Shown: piece after piece, positions 29,338 to 37,594 of the stretch
Position numbering within the stretch: position 1 is the stretch's first letter
How the letters are laid out: each line of letters opens with the position of its first letter
NCBI GenBank assembly: GCA_011605725.1
Contig: JAAOZP010000011.1
Coordinates: forward strand, 116,474 to 180,473
Length of the DNA stretch: 64,000 nucleotides
Reading direction: 5' to 3'
DNA from: Nitrososphaerota archaeon
GTDB taxonomy: Archaea; Thermoproteota; EX4484-205; JAAOZP01
The notes under the pieces: model-generated
Databases searched by the model: none
Told to the model about the DNA's origin: nothing
Seen by the model: only the letters and a program-made list of their open reading frames with translations
Translations under genes and position numbers: made by a program

Positions 29338-30132
29338 ATGATGATCGGGTTAATCCTGGCTGCCGGCAAGGGTACTAGGATGCGGCCTTACTCGAACGCA
29401 ATAAACAAGGAGATGTCCCTAATCGGGGAAAGCCCCGTGATAGAGTATAACGTGAAGGCTCTTGCAGACGCCGGGGTTAGAAAAGCCTTCATAGTGCTTG
29501 GAGAAGGCAAGTGGCAGATATTTGAATACCTTAGAGACGGTTCCAGGTTTAACATCGCCCTTTCCTACATATATCAGGATCTAGGTGAAAAGGAGGAGAA
29601 AAAGGGTACTGCGAAGGCAATACAGGTTGCTGAGGAATGGGTTAACGATGATTTCATAGTGATTTATGGAGACTCGTTTTTCCACCCGTATGATTTCCTG
29701 AGAAGCGAGATTGAGCTACATGAGGAGAAAAAGGCTGACGTTACCATGGGGATCTACATGATGAAGGAGTATAAGGATTACGGTATTGTTAGAATCGAAG
29801 GTGAAAGAGTAGTCGACATACTGGAGAAAGCCACTCAAGAGGAGGCGGAGAAAACCAGGGTTGACGACATGTTTGCAGTCAATTCCGGTCCAATAGTTTT
29901 TACGCGCGAAGTCTTTTCCTACATAAAGAAGACCCCTGTTTCACCAGCGGGAGAATACTGGATAACCGACACTATCAGGCTAATGATTAAAGATGGTAAG
30001 AAAGTATTAGCATACAGGATACCTGAGGGAGTCTTCTGGAGGGACATTGGAAGGATGAAGCACAGGATGGAGGCTGAGGCATATTTCTTAAGCAAACATT
30101 ATGAGTATACTGGGGTTTTAAACAGGAAATGA
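29338..30132 (+). CDS. Sugar-phosphate nucleotidyltransferase (glucose-1-phosphate thymidylyltransferase-like)
   Basis: LILAAGKGTRMRP, GTAKAI, IYGDS, YGIV, GEYWITD, WRDIG. Confidence 0.9.
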   Translation: MMIGLILAAGKGTRMRPYSNAINKEMSLIGESPVIEYNVKALADAGVRKAFIVLGEGKWQIFEYLRDGSRFNIALSYIYQDLGEKEEKKGTAKAIQVAEEWVNDDFIVIYGDSFFHPYDFLRSEIELHEEKKADVTMGIYMMKEYKDYGIVRIEGERVVDILEKATQEEAEKTRVDDMFAVNSGPIVFTREVFSYIKKTPVSPAGEYWITDTIRLMIKDGKKVLAYRIPEGVFWRDIGRMKHRMEAEAYFLSKHYEYTGVLNRK

Positions 30133-31083
30133 TCAGTCTTCTCGCTCCACAGCCATCCTGATAAGGTTTAACGCGTCTTCAAGCTTAATCTCTCGTTTAA
30201 ACTGAATGCCGCCTATGTTTGCCCTACCCCCTGCTTTCACACCATTATTTTTCAACAGTTCTGTGTAAACCCTGTTCAAGTCTGAACGGCGTGCGGCTAT
30301 GGTTGCGGAAACCGGTTTACCCTTTTTTAAACCTAAGCAGACAACCACTTTCTCACTCTCTTCAAGTTCAAACATCAGCATTCTTCTCGCAGCAGCCTCA
30401 AGCTGGTCAGTAACATTATACGTGAAGTATGTAATGCTTCCTATTTTACCTATTGAGTTTCTCAGCTTTTCAATCTTGTCCTCTACAAGGCTCCATCTGG
30501 CTAGCTCGCTTTCAACCCATTTCAGAATACTATTCCAGTCTGAATCGTAAACCATACGCGTTAAGCTGCTTCTAAAGTCTCCCCTCATACTGTTTAAAAG
30601 GAATGCTTTATTCATTTTTACGGCTAACTCTGAAACAATGCTTCCAGAATCTATCTCGTCAACAGCCTCCAACATCTTGATACCGTCCTCGTTAAACTCC
30701 AGAAGACCTTTGAAAACGCTGAAAACAAGACTAGAAACACTTCTAATACTGCCGTTAAACAATATTTCCCTGGTTTTTCTATGTCCATTGTAAAGCGCTA
30801 TTACAGGTGTTTGACCATGATGATCTATCAAAACATTGCTACCAATATAAGTCAAGCCTTTGCTCAAAGGGAGCTCTATAAGTATGCTTCTTGAGGCTTT
30901 CACAGTGTCGATCTCACTTGGTTTAGGATAGTGGATTCTGGAAACATCCGCGCCTAGAGCCCTCGCCGTTATTGAGGCAGCGAAAATCCCGTCTAGATCA
31001 GGATCGCTCAGTATCATGTACTCCGGGTTATCCTCGACGAAGCGGAAGAGTATTTGCCTCGCCTCCTCCTGATCAAAGCTCAA
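30133..31083 (-). CDS. DHH-family phosphoesterase
   Basis: DPDLDG, IDHH, DEIDSG, and C-terminal AGGRANIGG (DHHA1-like). Confidence 0.75.
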   Translation of the reverse strand: MSFDQEEARQILFRFVEDNPEYMILSDPDLDGIFAASITARALGADVSRIHYPKPSEIDTVKASRSILIELPLSKGLTYIGSNVLIDHHGQTPVIALYNGHRKTREILFNGSIRSVSSLVFSVFKGLLEFNEDGIKMLEAVDEIDSGSIVSELAVKMNKAFLLNSMRGDFRSSLTRMVYDSDWNSILKWVESELARWSLVEDKIEKLRNSIGKIGSITYFTYNVTDQLEAAARRMLMFELEESEKVVVCLGLKKGKPVSATIAARRSDLNRVYTELLKNNGVKAGGRANIGGIQFKREIKLEDALNLIRMAVERED

Positions 31084-31180
31084 GCCTCATTTTCCCTCTT
31101 TTTCAGAGTGCTGGCAGAGTTTTCCAGAACACCCTTATTTAAAACTATTTTTTAAGCGGACAAGACTCGACCATCCTTGG

Positions 31181-32083
31181 TCAAAAAATTTGAAGTATGC
31201 TTAGCAGGATGATGATTGTTCCGAGTGCCAGACAATAGTAGGAGAACTTGTGAAAGCTATGTTTAACAACGTAACTCCTAACCGTTCCTAGGGCAAGGTA
31301 GCCGACGACAGCGGTTACCAGAACCCCTAGGCTAATCATCCAAAACTCTTGCTCGAAACTAATTTCTTGAAGCTTGACGAGGCTTCCGCCTATTATGCTT
31401 GGGATTGATAAGAGCAGGGAAAACCGGTAGGCCTCCTCATACTCAACCCCTCTAAGCAGCCCGGTTGAAACAGTTATTCCTGTTCTGGATATCCCGGGTG
31501 TGATTGCAGCAGCCTGAGAAAACCCTATCAGGAATGCGTCTAAAGCACTTAGTTTCCTAACCGGTTTAGCACGCCTCGTTGAATACAGGATTAAGCCGTT
31601 GAGAAACATCGCAACCCCTGTTGCGAAAAGGCTTTGAAACAAAGACTCGAAGAAGCTTTTAAGAAAAAAGCCTGCTAAGCCGATGGGAATTGTGCCAAGC
31701 GTAATGTATACGAGCATTCTGCCTTCTTCCCCTGAGAAATCGAGCCTAAAAACTGTCCTGACAATGGATTGTAAATCCTTTCTCAGAAACACTGCTACTC
31801 CAATGAGGGTTCCCAGATGAAGCACAATGTCGAAAGCAACGGAGACTTTTATGTTAAACAGCTCCTGCACTATTACTAGGTGCCCAGTGCTTGAAACCGG
31901 AAACCATTCTGTTAAACCTTGAACGAGGCTTAGGCAAACCGTCTCCAAGATTCCCGTTAAGCCTATTCTTACCTGTTTGGAAAAATCAACGGTTAAAACT
32001 GCCTCGGCGAAAATAACTAGCGTTTGAATAAACAGGCAAGTAGTGAGGATAAACGTTAGCGACCGGCGTTTTCTCGTGTCCAC
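31181..32083 (-). CDS. uppP: Undecaprenyl/polyprenyl-diphosphate phosphatase (BacA/UppP) with an N-terminal hydrophobic extension
   Basis: VQGLTEWFPVSSTGH, LHLGT, IGFSQAAAITPGISRTG, FSLLLSIP. GTG 32083 chosen as start to avoid overlapping the upstream gene; the ORF track starts at 32158. Confidence 0.9.
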   Translation of the reverse strand: MDTRKRRSLTFILTTCLFIQTLVIFAEAVLTVDFSKQVRIGLTGILETVCLSLVQGLTEWFPVSSTGHLVIVQELFNIKVSVAFDIVLHLGTLIGVAVFLRKDLQSIVRTVFRLDFSGEEGRMLVYITLGTIPIGLAGFFLKSFFESLFQSLFATGVAMFLNGLILYSTRRAKPVRKLSALDAFLIGFSQAAAITPGISRTGITVSTGLLRGVEYEEAYRFSLLLSIPSIIGGSLVKLQEISFEQEFWMISLGVLVTAVVGYLALGTVRSYVVKHSFHKFSYYCLALGTIIILLSILQIF

Positions 32084-32120
32084 AGCCTTTCGTCGCAACC
32101 ATCTTATAAAAGTTTTACAG

Positions 32121-35100
32121 TTAATAATTTTCAACAAACTTTCTTGCCGATATCTCATACATCTTTCCCTCAGCGTCGAACGTTATAATGTTTTTGTTCA
32201 GCCGTATTGCTGCTATCGCGAGCGCTGAGCTTAACAGGCCGTCGTCTGAATCTAGACATACAGCGTCTATCGTGAGGATTTCTTCAGAAAGCCTTTCGAC
32301 AAGCGTATTCATGTCTCTCGATTCAACCCTCCTAACCTCGATCGTCGGAGGCCAGATGCCTTCAGACCTAACTTTCCTCCTCAATTCCTTCACCTTGCCG
32401 CTTACATCCGATCTCGAATAGATGATTAAAAATTGAGGGCGGTATTTTCTAACAACTGTTGCGGCATAATCCACTGACTCGCCCATTACTACAGCCACGT
32501 TAAATCTTAATGTAGACCATTCAAGGACGAGTTTCCTAACATGAGTTATAACTTCATGCGCATTTGACTCGAGCATAACTGCGTAGAGGGATTTCGTATG
32601 AACGTAAGCCGAGTATTCTTCCCCGTCCTTCTTAACTTCGATCGTGGTTAAGGCTGTAAACGGCCTATTGCCTCCCTTTCCATACCTGAAACTCACCGAA
32701 TACGAGACATTTCCATTCTCATCCAGTTTTTCCTCACGTGAAACATCTGAAATTACCAGTTCTAACGCTGTACTGCTTTGAGGCAATCTTTCGTAAAGAT
32801 AGTTAACAAACGTTTCAACCTTCTCCGAAGGAATCCTCACCGGGATTCGAACCGTCCACACTCCTTCTTTAACTACTTTTTCTTCCATTCTCCATCTTCT
32901 TAAAAGCGAGGGAGTTGCTATTTTCGCAGCCTTTAAGGCAGGAATTGTCGAAGAAACCATGGCTGTCAGAAATGCCATAAGTATTAGGGAGAACATATCT
33001 AGAGGAGTAGTTTTCACGTCAATGGGTATGATCATGTTAGAGACATCAAACACTTTGAATATGATCATGCTCAATATATAGCCAATACCACCACCGATGA
33101 AACCGAATACTCCTGCCTCCACTATGAACAGGCTGGAAATATGAGTGGGGTTTAAGCCTACAGATGAAAAAATGAATATTTCATTCCTCCTTTCGTAAAC
33201 CAGCGTGTAGAACAGCAGCGTAATGTTTAACACAGTAATGATAACTGGGATGAGAACCGATATGCCAAAGACCTCGACAGAACCTCCTCTGAAGTAGTAG
33301 GTTATGCCTTCTGAGCTCGGCATAGTTATGACTGAATAGTTAGCGAGCAAAGCCAATCTTCTTGAAACCTCTCTCGCCTGCGCATTGTCTTCGAATGTGC
33401 AGTAGAGCGCGGAAACATAGCCGCCTAATCTTTGAGCGGTGAAAGCATCCGTTATCAAGAGGTTGTCAGCAGGTACCGGCTGAGCGTTTTCAAAGCCTGG
33501 AAGAATATACATGGGCAGGAAATGGCTACCATCAGGCTCTTTTATCACGTTAACCGGCTCGCCATCAAATATGCCGACTACCTTTAGCCTTACACCTTTG
33601 AAAACAATGGTCATGCCCACGTCCACGTCTGCTCTGTTTGCCAAATACCTGCTTATGAGAACAGCATTACTGTTGTTGAACAGGCTTTCTATTGCATGCT
33701 CCGGGTATGTAGCGCTCTTAATAAGGTCTAGAGATGGATCTCCGGGCGAAACTCCTCTAACCCCATAGATCGGTACCTCGCTAACATAGTCTAGAGCGCC
33801 GTACGCAACGGGGGTTATCACCTTATAGTCTATTCTTGAAACCTCTCTCTGCGCACCTATGAAGCTAAAATCTTCAAGCGCGAGTGGGCCGGAAGGCTTG
33901 ATCACCATCGACACCGGAGGCTTATCGGCTGGCCACGTTTTCGCCACCATAACAGCGTTAGTCGTTAGGGATACCCTTATTGAAGTCAGCGTGGATATTG
34001 CTATGATCATTATTGTAATGGAGACAAGAGTAAGTGTAGTTCTTAGCTTCCTCTTTTTCAAGTTTCCAATAGAGTATGAAATAGCGATCAATAAGGCAGG
34101 TATCAGTGAAACTCCTCGCTCGCTCTTTATTTCAAGAAAGTAGGGAGCTATAAATACAATTAGAAACATGAATATAACAATATAGATTCCTGTCTGAAGC
34201 TCCAATACTGTGATTCTTGAAAGACCTGGGAACACCTGGTAAGCTATAGTCATTAAAACGATGAATGTAATCACCGTCAACATTGCGTATTGATCCTTCC
34301 TCTCTGCAATTATCGAGCCGATGCATAAGGATAGGATCGCAACAATCACAAATACTATAATCTGGTTGGTTCGCGTTTCCCTCAAAATATTTTGAATATT
34401 ACTGATTATTAATATGCTGCTCATCACGGCTTCTTGCTGATACGCCAGTATCTTAATTGGGTCAGTGGCATTTAAAATAGCTAAACGGAATCTTTCAATC
34501 TGCTCCAACCTGTAAAGCTCCAGGCCTACGTAGAGCCCAATATTCCTAGTTTCTTCTACATGTCTTTCAGCGGATTCAACGGTTTTGTTGACGAGAGTTT
34601 GATAGGACTTTACTTGAAGTAAAGCAGGCTGGTCTAAGTAGGTTTTAGCATTTTTGCTTAACCTAATTGGCCGAGTACTATTCCCTATTTCCAATACTGT
34701 TCTTCTCCCACCGACAGTGATTGAAACCAGTATCCATAAGTCTGTTTCAGAAGGAACTATTAGGGTGTTTCCAGTTATGTTTAGCAGACCAAGTAGCGGC
34801 AGATGGCTTGAATCATAATTCAGTATCAGTTGATTAAGCCGCGTCTCATTAAGAATGAGGACACGCATTTCCTGAGTTGGAATCAGCAGGTCGAAAGGGG
34901 AAGGAACAACAGCTAGGACCTTTGCAACCGCTCCTGGACATAGGTTTATTTCCACGTTCTTGGTTTCTCCGACTGATAGTTTTCCTAGGCTTATTATTTG
35001 AGGCACATAAGTATCTTTTTCGTTTAGAGAAGGACCTATGATCCTTATTTCTGAGCCAGAGGGCACTGCTATCGTCGTTTCATTCCAAACTCTGGCGACC

Positions 35101-37496
35101 GTATACGTCTCGTTCATGAACACTAGGAAAAACTGGGGTTCCCTTGGCTTCGGGTTTAACGTTATTTTAAGCATTGATGATGGTTTTACGACGAAGCGTT
35201 TAGAATTTGTGTCGATTCTGGTGCCGTTTGCTAGGAGCAGCTCCGTTGAAACCTCCAGCACATGTTCAGAGTCAACATGGTGCGGCGCCTCGAAGACGCG
35301 TTTTACAGCGAGATAGGCGGGTGATGATGAAGAGGGTATTTCAACGCTCATGTTCTCACTGACTAGAGTTTTATTGCAGGTTATGTCGTTCAACCTCCAG
35401 CTTAGCACTGCGTTGAAAGGCTCCTGAAACACGTCGTTCACAAGCCAGAGCCTAATCCTAACCGTTGAGCCGGGGAGAAAGAATAGGGATGTCAGATCAT
35501 GCCTATAGTCTCCGTCAACCATTATTACGGTATGCACAGGGTTGAAAGCATTCATAACCTCGTAGTAAGATTCTTTCTTAAATCCGTAGGAATCTACGAT
35601 TGAGCCGCTGACGAGCAGGGGGTAGTCTGTAAGTGGAAGAACATTAACCCCTATGGAAATATTGTACCTAAGTATTCTTGCCCTGTCTATAGCATGCCTC
35701 AAAACTAGAGATTGATACTTCTGGCTTAGCTCAATTAAGCTGGAGAGGTTTTTAGCCAAATCTCTCCAGTAGGTGTTTAGGAAAACCGGGTCAAGCCCCT
35801 CTGCCTGAAGAAGCGTAAGAACCTGCTCATAGGGCAGGTTTTGAGCCTCTACCCAGAATGGAGAGTTTAAACTGGGTAAGCCCACTGGACTAACTATGTT
35901 TGGAAAGGACTCCTTGTAATGCAGATAGTCAACCCAGCTTCCCGTTCCCCAACCATAGTTCACGAACCTATCAACATAATCGTATGTCTCAACGTATGAT
36001 AGAACCATGATTCTCTTATTCACCTCCTTAACCAGGACGTTCAGATCACGGTCAAGGTAGAAATTGGTTCCAGAACCATAGTATGGTGACTCCCTGTTCA
36101 GCCACGGCACGAGGGTGTGGGGACAGACTATTGTTATTGAGGGATAGTTGTAAGTTAGCAGTAACAGTTCAACAAGCTGCATCTTCACGAGCCTAGCATA
36201 GTTTTCAGAGTAGTCTAGAGTAGGGTAGGCGCCTATCAGGGGGAAGTCCAGCTGGACGATGAAGCCTTTCAAAGAAGTTAACTCGTAGAACTCTTTCGGC
36301 TCAACATGCGCGAACGACCTTAAGAAATTAACGTTGGCTTCTCTCAGCAGGCTGAGCGTCTCATTCATTTTAAAGCTACCGCTCGTATCAGTAAGCCATT
36401 CGAGCCTAGAGAAATAAGACCCACCCCTTAGAAAAACACTTCTACCGTTTACTTTAATGTAAGGATTCTTCCGGGTAATCGAACCCTCTAAGAAACGTAC
36501 TCCAAATAATGTTTCAACCGACCCGGCGTACTCATCACCATGGTGCAGACTAATGTTGAGAAGGTAAACGTTTGGAACACCAATATCCCATGGGAACCAG
36601 TATGCTGGGTCCCGGAGGGAGATGCTTAAAGTTTCCCACCTTCTTTCCCAGGCAGAAAGCTTTATGCTGAACGACTGTTCTAAGCCGGCTGTGTTGTTGG
36701 GGCCAAAGCCCTTTATTCTTACGGATGCTACAAAGCTATCGTCAACATCCCCCTTGTTCTGAAGTAGAATACGCAGGTTTAAGGAGGCAGGGTTCGAGTA
36801 CTGTGCAATATCAATCAAGACCAGGTTAATAACTGGGTTCAGTGTCCCGACGAGGGTAACGCCTCCAGATATCCCGATGTAACTGTTGCGGAGGTTTGGA
36901 AGAACCTCTGAGAAAGAGTATATGCCCATCGGGTAAACTCTGGATTCATACGTTTCTTGGGTTGGAGCCTCTAAGTATAGGGTCAGTAAGTTGACACCGT
37001 CCCGAACAACAATTTCATCTATGTCGAAGAAGAATTGGGAAAAATAACCCACATGCTCCCCCAAATAGAAGCCGTTCAGCCAGACTTTAGCAGCAACCCA
37101 GACACCTGAGAAGACAAGCCTCAGCCTCTGCCCCCTCATTTCACTAGGCACTGTGAATAATTTTCTTACCCACAGCGAGCTGTTTGACCTGGTTGACTTA
37201 AAAAGGAAGGGTGCTTCAACCCTGCTCCATGAAGAATCATCATAACAAGGATCATAGTAGAGATTAATGTTTCCAGGGTCGAAAGCGTCAACCTTGTAAC
37301 TCCACTTTCCAGTCAATTCATGTTTAGAAAGATAGAAGTAGTCAAATGGCGCGAGGTACGAGGAAACCTTATCCACCAGGTTTTCAGAGGGTTCTATGAA
37401 GAAATACCGTAAACCAGGAAGAATCAGAGCCACTATTAACATCGATACTGAGACTACTGTCAGAAGCGGCTCTGCAATTCTCCTGGCCACCATCAC
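32121..37496 (-). CDS. 1791-aa fusion: GH2-like domain (apparently inactive) + FtsX/MacB-like permease + C-terminal CARF-like domain
   Basis: GH2 motifs LTGKW, KVWLNGFYLGEHVGYFSQF, WFPWDIGVPNVY, FGVR, VNGRSVFLRG, LREANVNFLR, NYPSI. FtsX motifs NLKKRKLRTTLTL, VYERRNEIFIFSSVGLNPTHI, EAGVFG, IPALKAAKIATPS. The last 127 aa follow a CARF-like beta/alpha pattern. Confidence 0.8.
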   Translation of the reverse strand: MMVARRIAEPLLTVVSVSMLIVALILPGLRYFFIEPSENLVDKVSSYLAPFDYFYLSKHELTGKWSYKVDAFDPGNINLYYDPCYDDSSWSRVEAPFLFKSTRSNSSLWVRKLFTVPSEMRGQRLRLVFSGVWVAAKVWLNGFYLGEHVGYFSQFFFDIDEIVVRDGVNLLTLYLEAPTQETYESRVYPMGIYSFSEVLPNLRNSYIGISGGVTLVGTLNPVINLVLIDIAQYSNPASLNLRILLQNKGDVDDSFVASVRIKGFGPNNTAGLEQSFSIKLSAWERRWETLSISLRDPAYWFPWDIGVPNVYLLNISLHHGDEYAGSVETLFGVRFLEGSITRKNPYIKVNGRSVFLRGGSYFSRLEWLTDTSGSFKMNETLSLLREANVNFLRSFAHVEPKEFYELTSLKGFIVQLDFPLIGAYPTLDYSENYARLVKMQLVELLLLTYNYPSITIVCPHTLVPWLNRESPYYGSGTNFYLDRDLNVLVKEVNKRIMVLSYVETYDYVDRFVNYGWGTGSWVDYLHYKESFPNIVSPVGLPSLNSPFWVEAQNLPYEQVLTLLQAEGLDPVFLNTYWRDLAKNLSSLIELSQKYQSLVLRHAIDRARILRYNISIGVNVLPLTDYPLLVSGSIVDSYGFKKESYYEVMNAFNPVHTVIMVDGDYRHDLTSLFFLPGSTVRIRLWLVNDVFQEPFNAVLSWRLNDITCNKTLVSENMSVEIPSSSSPAYLAVKRVFEAPHHVDSEHVLEVSTELLLANGTRIDTNSKRFVVKPSSMLKITLNPKPREPQFFLVFMNETYTVARVWNETTIAVPSGSEIRIIGPSLNEKDTYVPQIISLGKLSVGETKNVEINLCPGAVAKVLAVVPSPFDLLIPTQEMRVLILNETRLNQLILNYDSSHLPLLGLLNITGNTLIVPSETDLWILVSITVGGRRTVLEIGNSTRPIRLSKNAKTYLDQPALLQVKSYQTLVNKTVESAERHVEETRNIGLYVGLELYRLEQIERFRLAILNATDPIKILAYQQEAVMSSILIISNIQNILRETRTNQIIVFVIVAILSLCIGSIIAERKDQYAMLTVITFIVLMTIAYQVFPGLSRITVLELQTGIYIVIFMFLIVFIAPYFLEIKSERGVSLIPALLIAISYSIGNLKKRKLRTTLTLVSITIMIIAISTLTSIRVSLTTNAVMVAKTWPADKPPVSMVIKPSGPLALEDFSFIGAQREVSRIDYKVITPVAYGALDYVSEVPIYGVRGVSPGDPSLDLIKSATYPEHAIESLFNNSNAVLISRYLANRADVDVGMTIVFKGVRLKVVGIFDGEPVNVIKEPDGSHFLPMYILPGFENAQPVPADNLLITDAFTAQRLGGYVSALYCTFEDNAQAREVSRRLALLANYSVITMPSSEGITYYFRGGSVEVFGISVLIPVIITVLNITLLFYTLVYERRNEIFIFSSVGLNPTHISSLFIVEAGVFGFIGGGIGYILSMIIFKVFDVSNMIIPIDVKTTPLDMFSLILMAFLTAMVSSTIPALKAAKIATPSLLRRWRMEEKVVKEGVWTVRIPVRIPSEKVETFVNYLYERLPQSSTALELVISDVSREEKLDENGNVSYSVSFRYGKGGNRPFTALTTIEVKKDGEEYSAYVHTKSLYAVMLESNAHEVITHVRKLVLEWSTLRFNVAVVMGESVDYAATVVRKYRPQFLIIYSRSDVSGKVKELRRKVRSEGIWPPTIEVRRVESRDMNTLVERLSEEILTIDAVCLDSDDGLLSSALAIAAIRLNKNIITFDAEGKMYEISARKFVENY

Positions 37497-37594
37497 CGGA
37501 TTGCTTTATTTCGAAGCACGATATAAGTTTTCACTTAGTGTTTAAGAGTTGAAGATAGGTTTATAAAAAGGTAGGGTTTCAAAATAGGTGAGAA

